From Octopus sinensis (taxonomy: Eukaryota): a stretch of DNA of 64,000 nucleotides. The translations under genes and the position numbers were made by a program. The notes under the pieces are model-generated. The model searched no databases, had not been told where the DNA came from, and worked only from the letters and a program-made list of their open reading frames with translations. The stretch is taken from contig NW_021833753.1 of NCBI RefSeq assembly GCF_006345805.1, forward strand, positions 1 to 64,000. The letters run 5' to 3'. Shown here piece after piece: positions 14,140-26,184 of this stretch; position 1 is the stretch's first letter, and the number at the start of each line of letters is the position of its first letter.

Positions 14140-14216
<77 letters not shown>

Positions 14217-15975
14217 TTAGGCAGACTCATTAGCATGCTACGCGAAATGCCTTTCATCATTTCGGGGTCGATAAATTAAGTACCAGTTAAATACTGGGAT
14301 CAACGTGATCGACTGCCCCTCCCCACAAAATGCAGACATTGTGCCTATATTAGAAAGACTAATAATAATTATTAGTCTCAGCGGTGGTGCCCCAGCATGG
14401 CCGCGGCCTTCGGGCTAAACATTTTTAAGGATTTTAAGGATAGGAGCTGCACCAACACAATCATTTGCCCATCGGTGAAAAGTCTTAGCGACGAATAGTT
14501 TGACTCATTACGTTCTGGGTTCACATTCTGCAGGGGGTCAGCTTTGCCGCTCATATCTTCAGGACAATTAAGCAAATACCAGCCATGTAATTGACTTGCT
14601 CTTACTAATTAACAAAAATAGGTGGAATTGAACAAGAATGAGACAGAAAAAAATCGATAGACCTGTTACTGTTTGGATGCTGGCAGAATAGTTAATGCAT
14701 CGGATAAGATGCTTCGCAAATTTTCTTCCGATTTCGTACGTTATAATGTCTAATTCAGCTGAGGTCCGTTTTGCATGTTTTTGTTCGAGATCGATAAAAT
14801 AAAGTACCATGCTAGCACTAGGACCGATGCAATCGACTAACAGCTTCTAAAATTGGTTGCTTTGTGCCAAAATTTGAAACCGCCATTGTAGTGGGCAATC
14901 TGGAATGCATCATTATAGGAGATGAGTTACAATGTTAGAAACGTTGTTCCGCGGTGTTGGTTCCGAATTTTAATCATTTTGCTGTTCTGCGTTGAACTCC
15001 TATCAAGCTCATCTTTACCTTTCTCCGTTCAGGGAACGCTAAAAGCAAGTCCCAATCAAGTACTGTGTGTGACTCCTATGTAAATTTGAAGCTTTGCGTT
15101 TTTGTAAGAAATCAATATTCGATAGCTTAAAAATGTCCATTAGAAATTTCAGATCTTATATTCGAAGCCGCTTGAAATTGTATTCCTTTTTCGATATCAC
15201 ATATTGAATGTATGTTACCAAACGCTACAAATCTGCAGTGTTTCATCTAAGGGAGATTACTTCACAGCATATCACCCAGAGAATCGCAACGAATTCCTCC
15301 CGGAAATAAAACGCGTGTCACAGATGACAATATTTTTCGGTCATTTCCTCTATTCAGTGTCATATATGCACCGCCAACCAAATGTGTCTATACCAATGCC
15401 GTAAAATATATTTGCTGATGAGAAAAATCATCTGACGAGGTAGACAAAATTCAACTTTTGCATTCGTAGCCGGTTAATAATGTAAATAGTATCAACATCA
15501 CATATTTAATGTATTTGTTAGAAAACGCGGCAAAATTGAGGCATTTCGTCAAAGGTAGTCTCATTTAAATACGTATCTTATTAAAAAACGATACGTCTTT
15601 CCTTGAACGAAATAGCGCATCACGGTAGCGTTCACTAATGCATATACATTAAATATGAGATATTGATAATGTACTCTATATGTTTATCTCGCGAAGGTGA
15701 TGGTGTGAGGTTAAGAATAAAGAGTATCAACTGCATGGTTTCGTTTTCGAATTGTATGTATGTAGACGTTGTGTGTATGCGTGTATGCGGCTGTCTGTGT
15801 GACTGTATGTATGGTATGTGTGAGTGTGTGTGTACCACTCAATTTGATAATGTGATATCATGTATATTTCTATGCAGTCGAACACGCATTGCGCTTACAT
15901 GGAAGTGAAGCGAAAGCAGCAAGTGTTTGATGCATCAATAACAGCAGGTACGGTAGCAGTAGCAGCGGAGGTAGA

Positions 15976-16008
<33 letters not shown>

Positions 16009-16240
16009 ATCATCAGCAACAACAATAGCGGGAGACCACCAGCGTATCTTGCTAAATTAATAATGGCAAATTGAGACGTTAATTATGAACATCTGTGAGG
16101 CTAATTAGTAAATATTAAAGAAAACGGCAACCGTCATAACGACAACAAAAGCAATAAAAATGCAAAGAAGAAAATACACGGCTACAAAAATAATGTATTA
16201 ATAAATGCATACACACATATACAGCCATCCATCCATATAC

Positions 16241-16278
<38 letters not shown>

Positions 16279-16333
16279 TATAAAAAAAATATATATACAT
16301 ATATATATATACTACACAACACACATATATATT

Positions 16334-16365
<32 letters not shown>

Positions 16366-16543
16366 GTTCTATCAATGTATATATGTATATATATATATGT
16401 GTGTATACATATATCATGAAAGTGTATATATATACATATATAGATACATATTTATAATTATATCTATATAAGTATATATATATATGAATGTGTATATATT
16501 TATACATATATATATATACACACACACATATATATATACATAT

Positions 16544-16575
<32 letters not shown>

Positions 16576-16730
16576 ATTCTATAAATGTTATATATGTGTG
16601 TGCGTGTGTTTGCATGAATGTAATACACGCATAAATATTTACATATAATGTATATATACATTATGTGTATGTATACAATATATGTATATTTATATATGTA
16701 TGTAGGTATGTATACATATATAACTACATA

Positions 16731-16773
<43 letters not shown>

Positions 16774-16984
16774 TATATATATATATATATATAAAATATA
16801 TAGACATAAATGTGTGTGTGAGTGTGTATAGAATCATTAAGTAGGAAAAGTAATCAACGACAACGTTTTAGTTATTGTTGTTGCCGTTGTTGTCATTATA
16901 GTAAGGTGTTGTTGTTGCTGTCGCCGTAACTGTTACAACAATGTGCTAAGTGTGAAGACACCAATAACATGTGAGACAAACATT

Positions 16985-17130
16985 ACAACCACCACCACCA
17001 CATTCACCACCAGCACCACCACCAATACAACGACGACGACGACGACCACCACCACCACTGCCACTACCACCACCACAACCACCACCAAACCACTACCAAT
17101 AACATCAACAACAATAGTACATTGCTCTAA

Positions 17131-17169
<39 letters not shown>

Positions 17170-17188
17170 CACTACCACCACCACCACC

Positions 17189-17223
<35 letters not shown>

Positions 17224-17316
17224 CGCTGCCACCACCAATACCACCGCCGCCGCCGCCGCCACCACCACCACCATCGCCACTTCCAGCACCATCACCACAA
17301 CTACTACCACCACCAT

Positions 17317-17386
<70 letters not shown>

Positions 17387-17387
17387 G
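16985..17387. repeat. (ACC)n/(ACT)n microsatellite
   Basis: Directly visible. Confidence 0.95.
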
Positions 17388-17809
17388 GAGTGGCGATAAG
17401 ATATGGCGACGACGATGTCCTTATTAATAATACGAATAGAATCCGTAGAAAAGACGAATGAATAAAGCAGCGATAGTTTCAACTTGATCCCTCGGTCTGT
17501 TTGAAAATAGCGGTGAAATCCCATTAAATGCATCCGTTATAGGTAGGGCCTCCTGTGGTCAAAGTTGAACTGACTATCTACACGCAACTGTGCAGGCCTG
17601 GGCGAAGTTTGTAGTGGCGTATGCGAGCAAAACTCTTATCAATGCCACCGATGCTTATCCAAGAGAAATGTCGCCGATTGAGGCCGATACAACTTAGCGC
17701 CAGTGTCAAGGAAGATGGTGTGGTCGAACGCACAATCTTGGGTTGCAATCCCTTAAGGCATCTGCGCTTGACATTTAACACTCTTGTCAGCTAACACCTG
17801 TATATATAT

Positions 17810-17965
17810 ATACAACCGGCTTCCTTCAGTTTCCGTCTACCGAATTCACTCACTATAGCCCAAGGCTTAGTAGAAGACACTTGCCCAAGTGCAACGCAGT
17901 GGGACTGAACCCGAAAACATGTGGTTGGTAAGCAAGCTACTTACCACACAGCCACTCCTGCGCCT
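17810..17965 (-). mobile_element. Family B SINE, 5' half
   Basis: Reverse complement of AGGCGCAGGAGTGGCTGTGTGGTAAG...GGGTTCAGTCCC. Confidence 0.8.
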
Positions 17966-17981
17966 ATATATATATATATAT

Positions 17982-18027
<46 letters not shown>

Positions 18028-18204
18028 CATATATATATATATAAATTTAAAATTAAGGATAAAAATCTTATAAAGAATTATCAGTAGTTAGCGTGAAAAA
18101 CCTCGTAAGAGAAAAAGTCTGTAAATTTTTTCCACTTTGAATATTTATTTATATTATATAGGGGTAGTATTATTCATAGGTACCGCACGCTGGAGGGAAT
18201 CTTA

Positions 18205-18326
18205 AGGAAGCTGGTATGTATGGGCGACTGCTGTTCTTCATTAAAACAACCTTCGCTGGAACTGTGCCTTGGAGGTTAACATTCAGGCGCAATCCCATGG
18301 TCATTCATGAACGAAGGGGTCTTAAC

Positions 18327-18330
<4 letters not shown>
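18205..18330 (+). mobile_element. Isolated 3' tail of the SINE variant seen at 32468
   Basis: GCTGGTATGTATGGGCGAC...AATCCCATGGTCAT...GGGTCTT matches the reverse complement of 32468-32590. Confidence 0.6.
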
Positions 18331-18379
<49 letters not shown>

Positions 18380-18380
<1 letters not shown>

Positions 18381-18783
18381 TCTTTTACTCTTTACTCTTT
18401 TACTTGTTTCAGTCATTTGCTGCGCCATGCTGGAGCACAGCCTTTAGTCGAGCAATTCGACCCCGGGACATTCTTTTGTAAGCCATACTTATTCTATCGT
18501 TCTATTTTGCCGAAACGCTAAGTGACGAGGACGTAAACACACCCGCATCGGTTGTCAAGCAATGCTAGGGGGACAAACACAAACACACAAACACATATTA
18601 TGTATATATACATATATACGACAGGCTTCTTTCAGTTTCCGTCTACCAAATCCACTCACGAGGCATTGGTCAGCCCGGGGCTATAGCAGAAGACACTTCC
18701 CCAATATGCCACACACTGGGACTGAACCTGGAACCATGTGGTTGGTAAGCAAGCTACTTACCACACAGCCACTCTTGCGCCTA
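18380..18783 (-). mobile_element. Full-length family B SINE
   Basis: tRNA-like head, central microsatellite and (GTAAAAGA)n-like tail on the minus strand. Confidence 0.9.
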
Positions 18784-19253
18784 TGTATATATATATGATG
18801 GGATTCTTTCAGTTTCCGTCTACCAAATCCACACACAAGGCTTTGGTAGTGGTGAGGTAGTAGAAGATACTTGTCCAAGGTTCCAGTAGGACTGATTCCG
18901 GAACCATTTCGCCTCTCTATAAATAACACACACATACACGCATCTTTTTTGCTTTTGTGTTTGGCTGCTAGAACAGCTTCACAAGCGGTGCTGGCTTATT
19001 TGTGTATATGTATTCCAGAGTAAGCACATAAATGTGAAACAAGTTGTGGAAAAATAGTATTAGAATACTGGAGGTAGAGTAGTATGCTATATTATTAAAT
19101 CTGCAAAACATCACAAAAGACAGCTACACAGAATTTCACGTTCCCGTTCGTTGGACAGTTGTCAATCCGAATCACAACTGTCCGACGTTTATTTTTTGTG
19201 AGATATATGTGATGCCTTTGGCAGCTTTATAATAAAGTATATATGTAAATGTA

Positions 19254-19333
<80 letters not shown>

Positions 19334-19472
19334 TAGAGAGTGGTCACTATATGGCTCACTCTAGCACCAGTTAATCCAAAAGGTTTCAACCACGAAAATA
19401 CATGTTTCCCATGAAAGTCAGTACGATTGTTAGCTCACACGGACAGGGCAAATAAAAAATAACAAAAATACA

Positions 19473-19564
19473 GATTATTTGGGACAATTGTTTCGCTATT
19501 AATGAATTAAATGTAATTTTACTTACAAAAAACATCCATTTGTAGCTCGTCAGCCAAAACTATC
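19473..19564 (-). ncRNA. Type I hammerhead ribozyme (in the inverted copy)
   Basis: Reverse complement of the motif at 20189-20280, with the core intact. Confidence 0.75.
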
Positions 19565-20188
19565 TGGATGAAATCCACTCAATCACACGCCAGATTTTAC
19601 CATAACGATAAATACGCGTGTGGTTCAATTGATTACATCCGACGTTATAATTCAAATGCCCCAACCAACAGCGCGCCAAACTTTCACGGAAAACAAATAC
19701 AGCATTTAGAAATAAATGCAGCATAATTATAATTAATTAATAAGGGTGAGAGAATTAGATACTAATTTAATAGTATATCTATGAGCTAACAATCGTACTG
19801 ACTTTCATGGGAAACATGTATTTTCGTGGTTGAAACCTTTTGGATTAACTGGTGCTAGAGTGAGCCATATAGTGACCACTCTCTTATATTTATTTTGTAA
19901 AAATATTATAATATGTTATAAAATATTATAATAATCCAGGTTTCTCGGAGCACTAGGCCACTTGGTGTTGATAGATATACTATTAAATTAGTATCTAATT
20001 CTCTCACCCTTATTAATTAATTATAATTATGCTGCATTATTTCTAAATGCTGTATTTGTTTTCCGTGAAAGTTTGGCGCGCTGTTGGTTGGGGCATTTGA
20101 ATTATACGTCGGATGTAATCAATTGAACCACACGCGTATTTATCGTTATGGTAAAATCTGGCGTGTGGGATTGAGTGGATTTCATCCA

Positions 20189-20280
20189 GATAGTTTTGGC
20201 TGACGAGCTACAAATGGATTTTTTTTGTAAGTAAAATTACATTTAATTCATTAATAGCGAAACAATTGTCCCAAATAATC
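20189..20280 (+). ncRNA. Type I hammerhead ribozyme
   Basis: TTTGG-CTGACGA-GCTA...TAGC-GAAAC-AATT-GTC-CCAAA. Predicted cleavage after C20270. Confidence 0.8.
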
Positions 20281-20719
20281 TGTATTTTTGTTATTTTTTA
20301 TTTGCCCTGTCCGTGTGAGCTAACAATCGTACTGACTTTCATGGGAAACATGTATTTTCGTGGTTGAAAAACCTTTTGATAACTGGTGCTAGAGTGAGCA
20401 TATAGTGACCACTCCCTTATATTTATTTTGTAAAAATATTATATATGTTATAAAATATTAATAATCCAGGTTTCTCGGAGCACTAGGCCACTCGGTGTTG
20501 AATAGATATACTATTAAATTAGTATCTAATTCTCTCACCCTTATTAATTAATTATAATTATGCTGCATTTATTTCTAAATGCTGTATTTGTTTTCCGTGA
20601 AAGTTTGGCGCGCTGTTGGTTGGGGCATTTGAATTATAACGTCGGATGTAATCAATTGAACCACACGCGTTTTTATCGTTATGGTAAAATCTGGCGTGTG
20701 ATTGAGTGGATTTCATCAA

Positions 20720-20816
20720 GATAGTTTTGGCTGACGAGCTACAAATGGATTTTTTTTTTTTGTAAGTAAAATTACATTTAATTCATTAATAGCGAAACAA
20801 TTGTCCCAAAATAATC
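20720..20816 (+). ncRNA. Type I hammerhead ribozyme
   Basis: GATAGTTTTGG-CTGACGA-GCTA...TAGC-GAAAC-AATT-GTC-CCAAAATAATC. Predicted cleavage after C20805. Confidence 0.8.
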
Positions 20817-21297
20817 TGTATTTTTGTTATTTTTTATTTGCCCTGTCCGTGTGAGCTAACAATCGTACTGACTTTCATGGGAAACATGTATTTTCGTGGT
20901 TGAAACCTTTTGGATTAACTGGTGCTAGAGTGAGCCATATAGTGACCACTCTCTTATATTTATTTTGTAAAAATATTATAATATGTTATAAAATATTATA
21001 ATAATCCAGGTTTCTCGGAGCACTAGGCCACTTGGTGTTGAATAGATATACTATTAAATTAGTATCTAATTCTCTCACCCTTATTAATTAATTATATATA
21101 TATATATATACTGTATGTATGTATATATATGTATTATACTGTATGTATGTATATATATGTTTATATATATACATATGTATATATATATATGTATATATAT
21201 TTTATTTATTTTATTTTTTAAAAATTTTATCTAGTTTCAGCTTACAAGCTGTGGCCATGCGGGGCACCGCCATTTTATAAATTCATATATATAATCT

Positions 21298-21352
<55 letters not shown>

Positions 21353-21387
21353 GTGTATATATATTTAATAATATATATATGTATATG

Positions 21388-21577
21388 ATTTCAACATTGG
21401 GGGTAGGGTTAAATTTATTAATTCTTAATCAATTTCACCAAGTTGAATTGAGCACCTATTGAGAGAGGTTTTTCTTTAGTGTTAGAATAAGTTTTATAAA
21501 AAGTTTTTTTTAGCTGCTATTTCTAACGAGTTCAGTATGCGGCAAAGTAATTTTATTTTTACTAAGCCCTTTTATAT
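21388..21577. mobile_element. Diverged fragment of the 52.8-54.7 kb element family (inverted plus forward pieces) in (TA)n
   Basis: 21388-21443 is the reverse complement of ACTTGGTGAAATTGATTAA...TGTTGAAAT. 21443-21577 matches TGAATTGAGCA..GAGAGAGGTTTT...ACTAAGCCCTTTTATATA. Confidence 0.75.
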
Positions 21578-21662
21578 ATATATATGTATATGTATATATA
21601 TATAATAATATATATATATGTATATGTTATGTATTTTTTATATATATATATGTAACACACAC

Positions 21663-21720
<58 letters not shown>

Positions 21721-22250
21721 CTATCATATATAATATATATGTTCATATGTATAGACATACATATACATATATATATACAAATACAAAACACATATACACC
21801 GATGCAAATACGTACGGGCGCAAACACACACATAGAATCATACATTTTCATGTGTTTTTTGTGCGTGTGTCTTGTATGTGAGAAGGAGAGAATGACTGAA
21901 TCTTTCAGTCTGCCTCACACTCTGTGTATGCCGTACGTACGTCTGCTCGTCACTTCTCGGGGCACAGCAGGGAATGGAGATTGATGGATGCAATAAGAAC
22001 GACATTATAACAGATAGGGGTCGTAGGGAGATTATGCGAAAGCGATGCGCGCGCGAGAGAGATAGAGAGATGGAGAGAGAGATAGAAAGATGGAGAGAGA
22101 GAGAGAGCTCTGTTTGTTTCTCTCCCTGTTTAGAGAGGAAGATAGAACAGAGAGGGGTACACAAATCGACAGAGAAGGAGAGTGAGATAACCAGATACAA
22201 TTTAAAGATAGTTCAATACTACAAATATATATACACACACACACACACGT

Positions 22251-24756
22251 TTATATGATGTATACATATGTATATAAAGATAGAGAGATAAAGAGATAGG
22301 ATGTATATATATCCATATTCACACGTACACATACCCACACATATATACACATACATATGTACACACACTCGCAAATATATATATATAATATATATATATA
22401 TATATGTATGTATATATATATATATATATGCTCACACAAAGATAGTCTGTGTGTATCTATATATTTATGCTTGCATATATATATATATATATACATTATA
22501 TATATATTTATACATTATATATATATTTATATATATATGCGTATACATATATATATATATATATGTGGATGTGTGTGTATGTATATTATCAACAGTGATA
22601 GTGAGAGATACAATGTGTGAGATAGAAAGAGAAAAGAGTAGAGAGGGAGGTTTCTATAAAGTAGTAACAGAAAAAGACAATGGTGTTATTGGAGTCGGGT
22701 GATCAGTAGTTAGAGAGTTAATTAATTATGTCAACAAAGTGAATTAGAACTATCAATAATGGCAATTAAGGATATCAACACAAGAAATCAATACCAATAA
22801 CGAAGTGTAATGTTATTGAGAAGAAGTTCCTATTTTTGGCTAGTGCCGCCATTATTTCTCCTCATCCAATATATCAAAAATTCTAGCAAAGAATATAATA
22901 AAAGAATATAAAACAAAAAAAAGGATATAAAGTAAAAAAAAAATAAAAGAGACAGAGAAGTTGGGTGTCTCATTTAATCACTTTTTGTTTGCTTGATCAA
23001 TTATTTTCTCCTCAGCCTCAGGTATCTCGAATTGTTGCTATTGCCGGCGTTGTTGTTGTTGCTGGCTGTGCTGCTGCTGCTGATGATGATGATGTTACAG
23101 ATTTGTTATTGTTTCCATTATTAACGTTGTAGCATTTTTTATTGCTGTTGTTGTTATTGTTGTTTGTGTTTTATGGCATTGTTCTTAGTCTTGCAGTTGT
23201 TGTTGTTCTTCTTCTTCTTCTTGGAGTGTTTGTTTCTTTAATTTTGTGTTGTTATTGTTGTGTATAACACTGAAGCTGTTTCAGATCTTGTATCTGTTTA
23301 TCTTTTGTTTGTTTCAATCATTACATTGCGGCCAGGCTGGGGCACTTCCTTGTATAATTTCAGCTGAACAAATCTATTTCTTTGTTATTTTAAAGCCTGG
23401 TACGATTCTATCGGGCTTTTCTTTTCAGTCCGCTAAGTTAGTGGTCGTAATCACACCAAAAGCGTTTGTCAAGTGGTGAAGGTCGACAAACACCGACACA
23501 CACACACACACTTATATGATGTTACATATGTATATATATAGAGAGATAAAGAGATAGGATGTATATATATCCATATTCACACGTACACATACCCACACAT
23601 ATATACACATACATATTACACACACTCGCAATTATATAATAATATATTATATATATAATATATATAATGTATGTATATATATATTTATATGCTCACACAA
23701 AGATAGTCTGTGTTATCTATAATATTTATGCTTGCATATATATAATATATATACATTATATTATATTTATACATTATATATATTTATATATATATGCGTA
23801 TACATATATATATATATATATGTGGATGTGTGTGTATGTATATTATCAACAGTGATAGTGAGAGATACAATGTGTGAGATAGAAAGAGAAAAGAGTAGAG
23901 AGGGAGGTTTCTATAAAGTAGTAACAGAAAAAGACAATGGTGTTATTGGAGTCGGGTGATCAGTAGTTAGAGAGTTAATTAATTATGTCAACAAAGTGAA
24001 TTAGAACTATCAATAATGGCAATTAAGGATATCAACACAAGAAATCATACCAATAACGAAGTGTAATGTTATTGAGAAGAAGTTCCTATTTTTGGCTAGT
24101 GCCGCATTATTCTCCTCATCCAATATATCAAAAATTCTAGCAAAGAATATATAAAAGAATATAAAACAAAAAAAGGATATAGTAAAAAAAAATAAAAGAG
24201 ACAGAGAAGTTGGGTGTCTCATTTAATCACTTTTTGTTTGCTTGATCAATTATTTTTCTCTCAGCTCAGGTATCTCGAATTGTTGCTATTGCCGGCGTTG
24301 TTGTTGTTGCTGTTGCTGCTGCTGCTGATGATGATGATGTTACAGATTTGTTATTGTTTCCATTATTAACGTTGTAGCATTTTTTATTGCTGTTGTTGTT
24401 ATTGTTGTTTGTGTTTTATGGCATTGTTCTTAGTCTTGCAGTTGTTGTTGTTCTTCTTCTTCTTCTTGGAGTGTTTGTTTCTTTAATTTTGTGTTGTTAT
24501 TGTTGTGTATAACACTGAAGCTGTTTCAGATCTTGTATCTGTTTATCTTTTGTTTGTTTCAATCATTACATTGCGGCCAGGCTGGGGCACTTCCTTGTAT
24601 AATTTCAGCTGAACAAATCTATTTCTTTGTTATTTTAAAGCCTGGTACGATTCTATCGGGCTTTTCTTTTCAGTCCGCTAAGTTAGTGGTCGTAATCACA
24701 CCAAAAGCGTTTGTCAAGTGGTGAAGGTCGACAAACACCGACACACACACACACAC
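22251..24756. repeat. Head-to-tail duplication of ~1.25 kb (22251-23511 and 23512-24756)
   Basis: Near-identical sequence, including the duplicated ORF-track entries at 23246 and 24491. Both ends lie in (CA)n. Confidence 0.9.
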
Positions 24757-25012
24757 GCACAAACACACACACATACATACGTTCGCACACGCATATATAC
24801 GCACACATATACACATACACGCATGCACGGACACACACACGTGCACACACGCACACGCATGCACGACCTTATCTTCGTCGGGGTTCTTTCAGTTTCTATC
24901 TACGAAATCCAGTCACATATAGTAGAAATCATTTTCCCCATAGTGCCTTATATAGGAATCGAAACTAGGACCATGTCATTGGAAAGCAAGCTTCTTACTA
25001 CAACGCCGCCCC
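24535..25012 (-). mobile_element. Degenerate family B SINE (its 3' half is duplicated at about 23290-23510)
   Basis: Family B body with central (CA)n. Confidence 0.7.
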
Positions 25013-25158
25013 TGTTGTTTTACTTATTCTCATTGCTGTTGTATTGTTGCTATTGTATGTATGTATGTACGTACGTACGTATGTATGTATGCATGTATGT
25101 ATCTCTCTGTCTCTGCCACTCTCTCTCTGTCTCTCTCTATCTATCCATCTATCTATCC

Positions 25159-25238
<80 letters not shown>

Positions 25239-26184
25239 CTATCTATTTCTCTACTTACAGCCAAACCGGCACATAATGGTAATACTTTGAAACTAAAGTA
25301 TCCCCTGAAATATGAATACAAACGGAATAAAATAAATTCCACGTAAATCGGACCAGTTGTTCTTGAGATGTTGGGGGTTTTGGGGGCTATAAATATCCAA
25401 AACGGTGCTTAATGGGAATATACTCCGAAAGTAGCTTAGCTCTGAAAGGGAAGAGACTCTAACATTTCGATTAGAAACATTAGTCACTTGCCAACATTAG
25501 TCACTGTAACTTGCCAACGAAAAAATACGAGTGATTTTTTTACAGTAAATCTTTCTATGTTCGCTTTTATTAAACAATATTTTTATAATTTAGAGAAACT
25601 TTCAGTGAATGTGATTTCAGAAAAGTAAGTTTTTTGTACAGTAAGTATTTATATTTTAGCTTTCTTTAAACAAACGACATTTTTATCTTTTTGAATATAT
25701 TTTCAAGTGAATACCATTACAAAAATATTCTTTGACATATTTTAAAAATACTTTAAAGTGAAAATGATTTTAAAAATACGGTAAATATTTCGTAAAAGAC
25801 TGCTTCGTAACATCGGTGTCAAATAATTTTTCCCATGGGTTTATTTGGAGTGCATTCAACGTATCTCACCTCCAAAGATTTGGCTGCTATTTCTAGCACG
25901 TGCTGCTACCATATAACAGCAATACAGGACCCGAAATAGGTGTCACGTGGTAGCAGGGCGTGCAAGAAATAGCATCCACACCTTTCCTGAGGTAGGAAGC
26001 CGTTCACTCGTGATCTCGGTATCACATTCGTTGAAAGCATGCGAAATAACCTGTTAAAGAAAAAAGACCTCACGATACACAGAGTTTCCCGGGAAATTCC
26101 AAGGTCCTCACAACTTTTCCCAGCTTTTTTCTTTCAGAAGAAAGTGGCTTGTGGTGGGTTTCGATGTGAGATATGTTGAATACT

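Larger units (their letters stand above)
19325..21095 (+). mobile_element. Hammerhead-bearing non-autonomous Penelope-like/retrozyme-like element: inverted partial copy plus about 2.45 tandem copies of a ~535-bp unit, in (TA)n
   Basis: Units start at 19782, 20316 and 20852. 19325-19781 is the reverse complement of about 19972-20430. There is one hammerhead per full unit and no ORF. Confidence 0.8.

Noticed and set aside
15860-16060. Poly-Ala ORF as a transcription-factor exon
   Set aside because: Explained by a (GCA)n microsatellite, with no homology or clear splice signals.
24250-24276. Possible 5-nt microexon (TCTCTCAG-CTCAG-GTATCT)
   Set aside because: Weak donor, the duplicate copy at about 23010 differs, and there is no supporting evidence.
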